Notes under the pieces: generated by a model
Told to the model about the DNA's origin: nothing
The model's database searches: none
What the model saw: only the letters and a program-made list of their open reading frames with translations
Assembly: GCF_009914755.1 (NCBI RefSeq)
Contig: NC_060948.1
Length of the DNA: 64,000 nt
Reading direction: 5' to 3' (one strand)
Source of the DNA: the human T2T-CHM13v2.0 reference genome, Homo sapiens
Position numbers and translations under genes: made by a program
Shown: piece after piece, positions 12,729 through 34,045 of the stretch
Layout of the letters: each line of letters opens with the position of its first letter
How positions within the stretch are numbered: position 1 is the first letter of the stretch

Positions 12729-14528
12729 CTAAGAAAAAATAATGCTTATGCAACAAAAATAATGATTTTACCCATTGTTCTCTTAATCAGGCTGTGAAAT
12801 TTATTCTATGAGGCTAACACAGCCATTTTGAAAGAGTACTTTAAACTTTTACATCAGCAATGTGAGCCACCATAAAGACTATTGCATGCAGACTTTTTAA
12901 GTCCACATTTTTAACGGCATTGTTTTTGCAACAATTTTCTTAGAAAGAGTCATACACGATGATATAATATTAAATTCTCATGTGTTAAACAGAGACTTAG
13001 CATTAATCGTTATGACTTTACATATTAAAAAACTTTTGCACTTAAAATAAGTGTATACAATACACTTCCATCAGAACTTTATATAAATAGAACATTAGCG
13101 TTTTCTCAGTTTTAATGGAGCACTTCATTTAAATTATTGTTCTGACTCATAAAAACTATAACCTTCACATAAATATCACTTTCTTCCTCAGCTGATAGTG
13201 ATAATTGCTTTATATATCTTCACAGTTTTATTGTGAGAAGAAGTCAATTAGATGGTGTCTTTAAAATACCTGTGAAAATTGTAAATGCTACTTTTTGTAA
13301 AACAGAATACAACTTACACATCACTCCATCTTACAGGTGGATTGCATAAATTAGAACATATTGAACTTCAAGTTATGTAGCTTCAAAACAGAATTAAACA
13401 GATCTTCATGTATTGACAGGTGTGTGACTAAGTACAAAACAAGGTTAACCATATTGTATATTGCTTATGCTCATTTCCATAAAAAAAAAATAGCTAAGCA
13501 TTTGAAGATGCGCATATACCTAAAAGAAAATCTCTGGACCAGAAATATATTATTGGTGACAAGTTCATAGTTTTTACTGCATGTCCTCTTATATATTTGA
13601 AAATATATATTAATCACAAGAAAACAGTGGCTAAATAGTTTAAACAAATACTATTTTTTGTTTGTTTAAAAAACTCTTTTGAAAATATATATTTACTATT
13701 CCAATACAATAGTTAAACAAAAAAAAGTGTTTTCAAAAAGGAAATTCTTCTCTCTACGTAGATCCTACAGAACACATAAACATCTGAAATTTTGAGTAGT
13801 GAGTTTAGCTAGAAACTCCTACAATGTATTAAAAAATATACTCACAGAGAAAAAATATAAAGAAATATAATTTCACATTTCCAATGAAATATCTGTACAG
13901 AATGCTTTGTTAATTATATTCTTAACTCTCAGGTTTCTCTTGAAATAAACTAAATTTCAGGTTATCGTTTGTTAACTTACTTACATTGGTTCCCACTCTG
14001 AATTGCAGTTTTGTGTAAGATTTCAACATTGCTACCCATTTTGTTTAATTAATATGGACATTTAAAAGTAATAAAATGCACTCAAATGTTCTCTTCTCAC
14101 ATTATGATTTTTAAAAAAACACCACCCGGAATATAAGTAAAATAAATTAAGCAACTATAATGTTTGGGTTATGAAAATCTTTTTAAAGAATACGTTTTAA
14201 ATATAAACTTTTTGTAGCATTACATTTGGTTTCTTGTTATTCTAAAGGGTTAATTTTTTTTTTTCACATATGACTAAATAAAACCCACTGTGGTAAAGTA
14301 CCAAAACCAAGTATAGAAGAGAAGTTAAGAAATACATGCTTATTAAAAAATTAATGTTCTCTTACTTAAATGGCTTTAATTATATACCTGATGACTACAA
14401 AATAGTAAACTAGTTGACCAAAAACAAACAAACAAAAAAAATGAGTTAATTTTTCTAAAGGAAATAATAGAATTTTAAACAAAAGTGTGATTAATGAACA
14501 AAACTGCTTTATAATTTAAAATACTCAC

Positions 14529-14747
14529 AGTTTTTGCTTTGTCTACGTAATATGTTTCAGTCAAACAGTGTAGCATCAATGTGAAATTCTTTACACAGCC
14601 AATAGCTGCTGCTGCAAGTAGCTCAAAACCAGAGTTTATGGTAATGGGTGACTTACAGACTAGAACAGCCTTCTCTGTTAGCAGTTCTTTGCTTGTCATA
14701 TATTGCAGGTGAACTTTAGGTGCAGGGAAGATGAAAAAAATTAATTT
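14529..14747 (-). pseudogene. USP9Y: USP9Y/USP9X-derived pseudo-exon immediately upstream of the Cys-box exon
   Basis: KLIFFIFPAPKVHLQYMTSKELLTEKAVLVCKSPITINSGFELLAAAAIGCVKNFTLMLHCLTETYYVDKAKT versus recalled USP9 [74 protein letters not shown]. gtgagt donor at 14528-14523. Confidence 0.9.
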
Positions 14748-14904
14748 CTCATATGTTAGAAAAAATAATCACATATTATTAGTAGAAAAGTTAGGTTATA
14801 AAAACTTCCTTTTCAAAGAAAATACCTTTAAGTTCATTTCACATAATTGAACATCTCAATGTATCTTGAAGCAATTTTGAGTTTTCTTACAAAAGAAAAT
14901 CCTG

Positions 14905-21055
<6,151 letters not shown>

Positions 21056-21352
21056 AAAAGAAAATCCTGAGGAAAATAACACAAGTACAATCAACTAATG
21101 TAATTAATTATCCAAATTAGTTTTTTAAAGAAATTTCTAATCATGTTTACACACAGCAAATTAACATTCTAAATATACCTACTATTTTAATTACAGATTA
21201 ATAAAAATAAATTCATTTTCAAGTATAAGAAAATACATTAAAATGATACCATTTGCTTTAATTATGAGACATATAAAGAAACTCATCAAAAATATAATAT
21301 AGAAAATAAGGTTTTGCAAGAGGGATTTTTTTGAATTAGAATTTCAATCAGG

Positions 21353-21624
21353 GGCCAAGCATGGTGATTCACACATGTAATTCCAGTACTTTTGGAGGCC
21401 AAGGCAGGCAGAGTACTTGAGGTCTGGAGCTTGAGACAAGTGTGGCCAATATGCTAAAAATCCATCAGGTGTGGTGGTGTGCATCTGTATTCTCAGCTAT
21501 TCAAGAAGCTGAGGAAGAATAAATACTTGAACCTGGGAGGCAGGGGGTTGCAGTGTCCTACGATTGCACCACTGCACTCCAGCCAAAGAGATAGTGTGAG
21601 ATTTCATTCTAAAAATAAAAGAAA
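21353..21624 (+). mobile_element. Diverged Alu (AluS-like) with internal deletion
   Basis: Both Alu arms recognisable. TSD AGAATTTCAATCAG (21338-21351) / AGAAATTCAATCAG (21625-21638). Confidence 0.88.
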
Positions 21625-21960
21625 AGAAATTCAATCAGCTAAAAATTGAGATATACTATTTATTTGCTTTTCAATGCAGTTTGTGACGGTGCTGATTTGT
21701 AATTACAAAATGTTTTAAATAATGTGTGGCACACGTTTTAAAGCTACTATAACCTCACATCTGGAAAAAAAAAAGCTTTTTATTTATATTTAATTAATTT
21801 AATATTGTTTTATATTAAGTTCCACGGTACCTGCAGGACACCCTGGTATATTTCACAAATGACAGAATGTTAGGATAGCAGCAAGTTAGAGAAAATATCA
21901 GGATTTTAGAATAGTCAAAAATTAGAGAAAAATGACATCTCATATAAAATTTATGCAAAA

Positions 21961-22278
<318 letters not shown>

Positions 22279-22589
22279 TCTGCAAAATTTTAAAAAGTGG
22301 CTTTTAATTTCTTCTTCAGAACTCTCTAGAATAGTAAATGCCAACAATTTAGATTCCATGAGACACAAATATGTTAGGGTATTTCAACCACAGAAAATGG
22401 TTTTTAGTATTGCATGTAGCAGAAAATGCCAGAAATGCTGCTCATCATATTACAATCCCGAGCAAAAGTGAGTCTCAAACAGAAATTATATTAAGTACAC
22501 AACATCAAAGCCCAGGAATTAGAAATACTCTTTCATAAGTAAGCTTCATAATCTACTAGGAGAATGCTGATCTGAACTCCAATGCCATG

Positions 22590-22715
22590 CTGCACATCAT
22601 GGTGGGTTCCTGTAATTCCAGCTCTGTGGGAAGCAGAGGCAGGAGGTACAATGAGCTGAGAAAATGCCATTGCACTCCAGCTTGGATGACAAAAGTGAAA
22701 CTCCATCCTAAAATA
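22590..22715 (+). mobile_element. Alu fragment
   Basis: CCTGTAATTCCAGCT...GAGGCAGGAGG...TGCACTCCAGCTTGGATGACAAAAGTGAAACTCC. Confidence 0.75.
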
Positions 22716-22907
22716 ATGCAGTGTACATAAGACCAATCACGTTGTTCAATACAAATAATAATTTTTCAAATTTGATTCTGTAAAAATTTTGAAAGATAAT
22801 CATTTGCAAATGAGGTTAAAAAATACCAAAATATAGGACGCTGAATAATCATTATTTCAAGAACCGAAAAAAGTAAGCCATTTAAACATAACCAGCTATG
22901 CTTCTAT

Positions 22908-23500
22908 TGCTATGGGATTTTACGGGAGTCACTTTGCCAGATGAAAACCTCTGTGACCAGTGGTGCCTTTCCCTGAGCTTTAATCAGGCCTGCAAAGTTG
23001 TTCTACCCACACTACCTGACATGCTGCACTCAGCTGGTGTTAACAGCCAGGAGTTATCACCTGCCAAGGGCAAACATGGATGAGTGGTGAGTGGTGTATG
23101 AGCAAGTGTGGACTCCAGCTGCTAAACATGATCAGTCATGCCAGCTGTATCAGACCAGGAAGTTTTAGGTGCCAAGATAACTGCTAGATCATTGAAAAAC
23201 TGCAGCTGGACCAGGCCTACTGCAAGCAGCTTCCACAGCTGATACTGGGGAATGTAGTGATACCCAGAATCTTGCAGATGCCGGAAAAAGTAAAGCCCCA
23301 AAGGGTGTGATGGCTCTCCCTGGCTTTGAGAGCTCCTAGGTCTGTGAACACTGAAAGGCCACAGCTCTTGTTTTATTTTTGTCTTACCACAATGTGATAA
23401 GCAAGGGGAAACTTTTATCCCTGTTTGTGTTCCAGGTCATTCAGCTCTGCCATTCAGATAATCTCAAATTATGTTTCTGCTTCCAGGAAGAATGTGGTTC
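22908..23500 (-). mobile_element. ERV1 LTR fragment, MER52-like
   Basis: TGCTATGGGATTTTACGGGAGTCACTTTGCCAGATGAAAACCTCTGTGACCAGTGGTGCC resembles the reverse-complemented MER52 end as recalled. Homologous to 29830-30270. Confidence 0.6.
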
Positions 23501-23972
23501 ATGCTGCCATCAGCCCTTTCACTTGTTTCTGTAGAGATAATCCCTGTGCTGGTTATGGCAACAGTCATGACCTCTCCTAGAAGATGCTTGAGTTTTCATT
23601 CTACTCATCACGTAGAATTCTCTGACCCTGGCTATAATCCTTGAAATCTTGGTTTCCATTTGGCTTGGTTATTGTAAAATCTTAGCAAAGTTTATGTCAT
23701 AAGACATTTAATATTTGTCTTATGACAATCATTATGCCTAGTGTGTATGCATAATGAATTGCACTAATGCACGTATATGTATCTGTATTCTGTATGACTT
23801 CCAGTTGTATTCAAGATTAGTTCTATCCCAAAAGCCTTTGAGTGTTCTCCATGATATCCCAAAAACAGAGTGTGCCTAGGGTTTTATTTGGCTATATTAG
23901 TGTTTTACAGAAATATTTAAAATTAATGGGAAAGAAAGGTGGAGAAAAAAGGAAATAGATAGTTTACTTTCT

Positions 23973-24257
23973 TTTTTTTTTTTTTTTTTTTTTTTTTTGG
24001 AGATGGAGTCTCACTCTCTCACCCAGGCTGGAGCGCTGTGGCACCACCTCCTGGATTCATGCCATTCTCCTGCCTCAGCCTCCTGAGTAGCTGGGATTAC
24101 AGGCACCCGCCACCATGCCCAGCTAATTTTTTTTTTTTGTATTTTTAGTAGAGATGGGGTTTCACCGTGTTAGCCAGGATGGTCTTGATGTCCTGACCTT
24201 GTGATCGGTCCACCTTGGCTTCCTAAAGTGCTGGGATTATAGCCACCGCACCTGGCC
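23973..24257 (-). mobile_element. Alu (AluY/Sc-like)
   Basis: Poly(T) followed by GAGATGGAGTCTCACTCT...CACCTGGCC. TSD AGTTTACTTTCT at 23961-23972 and 24261-24272. Confidence 0.94.
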
Positions 24258-24449
24258 TACAGTTTACTTTCTAATTCTTGATTAACTGAACTGACTTCAC
24301 TTTACTAACAGTTACCCTAACTTGAATCAAATGAACTTTACAAGAGCTTCTTAAAATCCTTCTGATTTACAGAAACCAAAGATTGAGTTAAGTAACCTTG
24401 AAAATATAAAATCAATGTTTTCTAAAAAGTGTGCTTCTTTTTACAATTT

Positions 24450-24580
24450 TCTGGAGAGATAGTTCAATACTGTTAATTGCTGAAAGGTGCCTGAGACTAG
24501 ATTTTAAGATATTCAACAGCATTTCTAGCCTCTTGGCACTAGAGGCTAGTAATAATCTTACCAATTCCACTTCCAGTCAT
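24450..24580. mobile_element. Old DNA-transposon fragment, MER20-like
   Basis: GATATTCAACAGCATTTCTAGCCTCTTGGCACTAGAGGCTAGTAA resembles MER20 GATGTTTAGCAGCATCCCTGGCCTCTACCCACTAGATGCCAGTAG. Confidence 0.55.
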
Positions 24581-24999
24581 GAACTTGGCTTAGAGTAAAA
24601 CTAATGTAAAATCTACTGACCTATGGAAATCCTAGACAATCACATCGACTGTGTGTTTCCCCTATAATCTCATTGTCTACAGTCATTTTCCTTCCATAGT
24701 CTGTTCCATCCACAGTGACCTGGTTGTTTTTCAAACAATTTATGCAGGCTTCTGCCAGAGATCATCACACTTGTAAATCTTGCTGCATGCCTACATAATT
24801 ATTCCCTTATTGTTTTATTTAGATAGGTACTTGAAAGTCACTTTGTAAACAAATAATTGTATACATGTTTTACATAAAACCAAGTTGTAATTCATAATAC
24901 TGAATATTGTCCTTGCCTTTTATATGAAATTGATAACATCAATTAATAAAAAGCAAACAACAAACTTCATACTGTAACCACTAAAACAAAAACCTAACA

Positions 25000-27760
<2,761 letters not shown>

Positions 27761-27859
27761 CTGAGAATAAACTAATGTGATTTCAGTGTTTTACTTTTAG
27801 AATGTTCAATATAATCACTGGAGCAACTACAAAGCAAAGAGTTATAGCCAGGTAGAAAG

Positions 27860-29830
27860 CTCTCTGCACTACACCAGAAAGTAGGAGTACCTGAGGCTAC
27901 CTTGTCAGACACCTTGGCATGATAAACAGAACCCTGAGCTGTCCCAACATGGAATAAGTGAGGAGATACTAAGGCAAATAGCATAGCTGCTTCTTCACAC
28001 AACTTTTACTACACCAGTGGCCACAAAGCGGAACAGGCTCATCCATACCCAGGGCTGGTGCAGAAATGGAGGCAGAAAGCAGTGACTATGTGGAGACTCA
28101 ACAGAAAGAAAAATGACACAATAATGGCTCCAATTCTATCTCTTCCTTCATGGCATCCCAGGAGTTTGAGATTGAAACTGTTGTTGACGAAAGACAAGAC
28201 AAAAATGGGAAGGCAGAGTATTTCATTCAGTGGAAAGGCTGTGACAAACAGGATAACACTTGGGGAGTGGAGCAGCACTTCATAAACTGTGAAAAATGTA
28301 TTTATGACTTTAACAGATGACAGATTAAAAAACAGAAAAAGAAGGACACGGACTGGAAACAAGCAGAACATTGTCAAGCAAGGCCATAAAAGGAACTTCC
28401 AGATCTACCAACTCCAACTTTTTTAAGAACCTTCCTAAAACGCTAGTGACTTGCAAACACACATCCAAAAACTGCCAGTTGTTTGCTACCAACCACAACG
28501 CTAGGAGAAACACAGCTTCACCTCTCTTCGACCCAAGGAATATGGAGCTAAGAAATTAAACTATCAAGACACTTGCACTTTTAACAGCAAGAACACAGTG
28601 GATTTCAATAACTCGGGAAACTGGATCCTATTTTGCTGGATCAGCAGGACACCATGGTGCTCAAGGTGGCAGCTGAGAACCCCTTCAGGGCTGTATTATG
28701 TCCTGGTGCAGAACAGACTGGAGGAGAAAACAGGTGCAAGATACACCCACTAATGTCTCAGGGGTCTGGCTTGGTTACTGCTTCCATGGTTACAGGCCTA
28801 GCCAGCAAAGAAGGTACATTGGTATAAGCAATTCCACGAACAGCCAACAGAACAAAAAACTTGCATATATTTGTTCCAAGTGTGAGAGGGGGGCAAAGAA
28901 AGATTATTGATGATGAAAAAGACCAGCCTTTTGTCAAAAGCATGTATTTTACCATAAGGCTAACAGAAAATGCCAGTAGACTCGGAGACATTTCGGTGAG
29001 GGAAAATGATGGCTTTACCCAGAAACTATCAACAAGATTGACAGAGAATAACTCACTAAATATAGAAGTAATGAAAAAAATCAAGAATGTTCTGCATAGG
29101 GCTGCTGCAGATGACAGGAAGTTTATGCTGCCCACTCCAGCTGGTTGTGTCCTTTGCTGAGGTCTTGATTTTGTGTGTATTTAAGAAATGACAGAAACAG
29201 AGCAAGCATTGAAATAGTGGATACCATAAAGAACACTGTGAATAATTTCATTCAGTTTGATAAGCCAATTGTATCAGCCAATAGCCCAGCCATTTGACTA
29301 GCTGCATCCATACTGCCTCTTTGTGATTTGGTTAAAAGGCTTGGTTTTAAACCCCTTCTGTGACTTTTGGACCGACCCCAGGTGGCTTGTTTACCATTAA
29401 ATTTCACAAGATGATGGATGAAGCATCGGCCAAGGTAATGTTGATTGGTGGGAGAAAGCTGAAAGCATGGGAGGCATGTGCCACAGACCTGGTCTCTCAG
29501 GTGTCTTGAACTGTAACTTTTCCCCCAAGTGGTTATGATACAAATTAAGGGATTTGCTTCATATAATTCAGTTGTGCTAGAGAAAAATAATGCCCTTATT
29601 TACTGTAACATTAAGATGAAGTTGAAAGAGGCCAATGAGAGAGAGTGATGTGCCAAAAAAATCTGAATCTGAGCACAAGGAATAGAATCTATGTTCAAGT
29701 ATATGCAAAGGAAAATTGATAAGTTTTAATAGTCAGTCTGTCTGCTCAGGACACAAAAACTGAGCTGAGCAAAATACATCATTAGCTGCAAGATTGATTA
29801 ATTTATTTTAATAGCCCTAAACAATATCAC
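27860..29830 (+). pseudogene. CDY: CDY-family retro-pseudogene (chromodomain plus crotonase-like domain); former CDS 28150-29729
   Basis: ATG at 28150 gives MASQEFEIETVVDERQDKNGKAEYFIQWKGCDKQDNTW (CDY: [38 protein letters not shown]). Later blocks read DQQDT, KIHPLMSQGSG, DGFTQ.LSTRLTENNSLNIEVMK and AAADD, ending GIESMFKYMQRKIDKF* at 29729. Intronless, with many stops and frameshifts. Confidence 0.95.
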
Positions 29831-31070
29831 GCATTCCTGCTATGGGTGAGCCAGGCACAGAGTAGAGAGAGATCTTTGAATGAGCAACTGTTGAGTCCAG
29901 CCACTTGCCACCTCCAAGCATGTCAGCTGTGATAAGGTGAGAAGTTCCAGGTACCAGATCAGGAGCCAGGTCCCTACTTATTTTTGGCTGGATCAGGCAT
30001 ACCATAACCTGTTTCCTCCAGAGGCACTCAGGAATGCCATGGCATCCAGAAGCTTAGAAATTCCAGAAACTGCAAAGACCCAAAGATTGTGTTACAGACC
30101 TGGCTTAGAAAAGGTTTCAGCCTGGGTTCTTTAAGGGCTGAACCTCTTCTATCTTTTTTTTTCCTGTAATCAACAATATTGTAAGTGTGGGTTTCTGTGT
30201 TTCAGCCTTGTGCACCATTAAGTGGGTCGTGAGTTCTTGATGCATATCCAGGGAGAATGAGGTATTTGGACAACAGGAGAATAATCAAGGTAAATAGATG
30301 CTTTATTGGATGAAGGTACAGCTCTCAAGAGAGAAAATGGGTAACTGCATTTCAAAAACAGGACATATCTACATCTGTGCAAGACTCAGTGAAGACAGGA
30401 GCGAGAGTGAACAGTTTCAGTGGAAAAGCAGGTTTTTAAAACATCTCTGAAGGCCTCAGTGGAGAGAAGCTTCAGAGTGGGTAGCTTCTATCTGCAGGAA
30501 GTTTGTTGAGATGTATCTGCAGCTTTAAGTTTGGAGGAGACTTATCTATTTGCAGCCATGCAATCCCAAGAAGTGTACAACCCACAGCAGAGAAGTGGCA
30601 TATAGTTGGTAGCTCCACTTTAAGTCAAGTTATTTCAAAATCTGATGCTGGGCATGGTGGCTCACTTGTGTGTTCCCAGCACTTCGGGAGGCCAAGGCCG
30701 ATGAATCACTTGAGGTTCAAATTCAAGGCCAGCCTGACAAACATAGAGAAACCCCATCTCTAATAAAAATACAAAATTAGTTAAGTGTGATGGTGTATGC
30801 CTTTAATCCCAGCTACTCAGGAGCTGAGGCAAGACAATCACTTGAAAGTGGGAAGTGGAGGTTGTGGTAAGGCGAGTTCACACCATAGTACTCCAGTCAT
30901 GGCAACAAGAGCGAAACGCTGTCTCCAAAAACAAATAAATAAATAAATAAATACATAAAATGAATAAACAAATAAATAAATAAATAATCTAAATTCGTAT
31001 GGAGTACATATGAGCTTCAGAAGGCAGAAAGAGTGTGCTGATTCTTCCATGGGTTGAGATGGGTGAAAAA
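29830..31070 (-). mobile_element. ERV1 LTR fragment, MER52-like, interrupted by an Alu
   Basis: GAGAATGAGGTATTTGGACAACAGGAG...GCTTTATTGGATGAAGGTACAGCTCTC and GAGTGTGCTGATTCTTCCATGGG resemble MER52. Similar to 23060-23500. Confidence 0.55.
30646..30985 (+). mobile_element. Alu (AluS-like) with (TAAA)n tail
   Basis: GCTGGGCATGGTGGCTCAC...GGCAACAAGAGCGAAAC then TAAA repeats. Confidence 0.92.
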
Positions 31071-31075
31071 GACAT

Positions 31076-32360
31076 CTAACCCTAAATATATCCCCTAATA
31101 CTAATGCTGAAACACTAACAATAACCCTGAAGCCCTAACCCTAATCCTCATATAAACCCAACCTGAACCATTAACAAAACATATCGCTAGCCATAAATGT
31201 AACCCTACCCCAACCCATAACGCTGTACATATCCCTACACCAACCCCTAACCCTAAACCTACCCCTAACCCTAAATCTACCCTAAACCCTAACACTCACC
31301 AAAACCCTAACCTAAATACTAAACCAAACCTAACTCTAACACTAATTTTAGACAATGAACCCTAACCCCTAACTCTAACTCTAATCCCTAAAGCTAACTT
31401 CGTACCTCATCCTAAATGCAACCTTGACTGTAACCATAATACTAAAATGTGAACCTTAAAAATGTAAGCTAACACCTAACCAATATCCCTAATCAAATCT
31501 ACCCTAACCCTAATTCTAACCATACATTGACCATACCCCTAATCTTAAAACCCTGACACTAACACTACTCCTAACTCTAACCCACAACCTCAAATGCAAC
31601 TGCAACCATAGCTCTAACACTGAAACCTAAACTCTAACTATAATCCTATACAATAAGCCCAATCCCAAATTTAACCCTAAACCTAACCCCACTGTAACAC
31701 TAAATCTAAACCCTGACACCAGGCCAAACCCTAACCCCTTCTCCTAACCCTAAGCTGACCCTAAGCCTAATTGCTAAACAATAACCCTAAAAATAAAACT
31801 GAACCTTAAACACTAACTGTAAGGCTAAACTGAAACCCTAACCAGGACATGAACCCTAAATGCTAAACCAAATCTTTATTCTTATCCTAACACTAACCCT
31901 AAACCCAAACCCTAACACTAATGCACTAACCCTCTTACCTTAACCCTCACTGTCACCTCAACTTTCACCTTTGGCACTAATCCTAATCCTCACCATGATG
32001 TTAACCCAGAACCTAACCCTACACTAACCCCAATCTCTAACTGTAAGCCTATTTCTTACTCTAAACCTAAACATAACCTGATCTTAAAATTAACAGCTAA
32101 TTCTGATTCTAACCCTAGCCTTAAACATAACACCAACTACCCCTGTCCCTAATCCTAATCCTAACCATAACCCTAATCCTACCACAACACTAACCTCTAA
32201 TCCAACCCCAGACCTAACCCTCAATCTAAACTTATTTCTGCAATTGTAAACCCCTATCCCTAATCCCAAACTTCTATCCCATTCTTAATGTCATCCTATC
32301 ACCCTTCAAAAGAATTTTAAATATATTGTCTGTGACTCTCATCTCTAACCCCTAATGCCC
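31076..32360. repeat. Degenerate interstitial telomere-like repeat, (CCCTAA)n on +
   Basis: Continuous ~6-bp periodicity of CCCTAA/CCTAAA/CTCTAA/ACCTAA variants, e.g. CCCTAACCCTAAACCTACCCCTAACCCTAAATCTACCCTAAACCCTAAC at ~31245-31295. Confidence 0.9.
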
Positions 32361-32399
32361 ATAAGAGTATACTAAACCTTAACTATTATTAACTCCAAT

Positions 32400-33130
32400 T
32401 GAAAATTGAATTAAGCAGATGATACAACTGGGACAAAACTCTAAATGTTAATAAATATGATAATTAGATACATTATAATGTTTAACAAAATAATAGTACA
32501 TGAAATTTGCTACATGGGGAAGACATTATGCACCTCAATAATTATGTTCATTTTTTAGAAAATTTAGGGTTTGTTTGTTTGTCTTTAACATTCTGAAGCC
32601 ATCGTTTTTCAATGTACCATGTAAACTAAATGATGGGAAAACAGTACATGTTTATCTCAACTGTTACAGAAAATACTTAAAGTTAGTCAACATATTTAAT
32701 GTTAACAACATCCAATAAACTGTGTTTCAAATTTCTTTCATATGATAAAACATCTTTATGCAAAACCTGTAACAATCAGCATCTGAATTGTTGGGAACAA
32801 AAACTTTAAGATGAGGAGCACAGCACTGATGCACACTTTCATCATTGTATTTGATACAGTACTAGAAGTTCCATCCAAAATAATTGGAAGAGAAAAATAT
32901 ATACGAAGCTATTGATATGTGGAAAAATAAAAGTAAAACTATCTACTCATGGATCTCATGATCTCATATACAGAAAATAAGAAAACAACAAGAAATAATA
33001 AAATCTAGTAAACAAATTAAACAAACATACAGTATAAAATATCGATACACTAAAATCTATTTCTACACACTAGCAATAAACCATATGAAAATGAAATTAA
33101 CACAATAATTTTGTTTGTAAAAACAACAAG
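32400..33130 (+). mobile_element. Ancient L1M ORF2 fragments
   Basis: CAGTACTAGAAGTTCCATCCA...AAAGTAAAACTATCT...CATGATCTCATATACAGAAAA and ATTTCTACACACTAGCAATAAAC are typical L1M ORF2 motifs. Confidence 0.65.
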
Positions 33131-33139
33131 CTGTGTGTC

Positions 33140-33980
33140 ATCCAACTTCCCTGGAATGCACAGCATCATGCAGCTAGGGGTGAAGGGTGGCCTTGGGGTG
33201 GAGTCTGCATTGCTATATTGGGACCTGTGCTGCACTCTCCGTGGGGCTAACCAGAAACTACTCATGTTCTGGGGGAGTCGAAGTAGAAACATGTAAGTAC
33301 CTAATGGATGGCGAGTAGAAAATCTAGTCATTTTGAAAGCCCTAATGCCACCATGTCAAATGGATATCTTCAGAGTCATAAATTTATGGTAAAAAGAGAA
33401 CATGCATGAACATCAGCAACAAAGAAAGTCATACTGAGTGGCCCAGGTCATTTTGCTGAGAAGAAAAGCATTGAGGTTAATTTGGAGGCATCCCTTCACA
33501 AGTGCTGCCAAAAGCACGGACATATTTTAACAAAATGTTTCACTACGCCTACAGCTCCATAGAAATTTCTAAATTCCCATTTCACCTGAAACTGCAGTAG
33601 AACTGTTGATGACTGTAAACTTTCAAGATTGTATATAAATACAATTAATTGATAGGATAAAATAAATTATAATAAACTGTTAATTTTTTTCAGTGTTTAA
33701 GATCTGTAGTTCAGTTTTTTTTTTTTTTTATAAATAGCACATTCCCTGTGTGAAGGGGCCTATAAAATTAATTGCAAAGAAGATTCTCTTCTGTTTTTTG
33801 CATAACAGAATTGAAATTTTTTTGCATCGTGAAAAAACTAAGGACATTTTCCCAAACAGAGAAATAAACAAATATGCCAATTCACAGGTGATTTTGCCTT
33901 ATCCCTTGAATGTGACTTTAAAATGAGTAATGTCAACACAGAAAATGATGAAAATTAGGCACAAATAAAAAATTGCATTA
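33140..33980 (+). pseudogene. ELOC: ELOC (TCEB1, Elongin C) processed pseudogene; former CDS ~33304-33635
   Basis: ATGGATGGCGAGTAGAAAA matches MDGEEK with a premature stop. GTAAAAAGAGAACATGCA = VKREHA; AGTGGCCCAGGTCATTTTGCTGAG = SGPGxFAE; CCTGAAACTGCAGTAGAACTGTTGATG = PExAxELLM; ends GATTGT (DC). ELOC-like 5'UTR (AGAAACTACT...AAGTAGAA) and 3'UTR (AAATAAATTATAATAAACTGTTAA). Intronless. Confidence 0.92.
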
Positions 33981-34045
33981 TATACATGTTCATAACTTAG
34001 CCTAAAGATTGATTTTTATCTAACCCTAACATAAATGTTTTATTG

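Noticed and set aside
22280-22480. Possible further USP9 or XKRY exon
   Set aside because: I could not obtain a convincing translation match on either strand.
28039-29135. Minus-strand ORFs of 112 and 125 aa
   Set aside because: They are antisense shadows of the CDY pseudogene with no recognisable homology.
31101-31295. Gly/Leu/Val-rich ORF (LGLGVGLGLG)
   Set aside because: It is a translation of TTAGGG-like repeats.
31076-32360. True telomere or head-to-head telomere fusion site
   Set aside because: The tract is internal, highly degenerate and single-orientation; no TAR1-like subtelomeric sequence was recognised.
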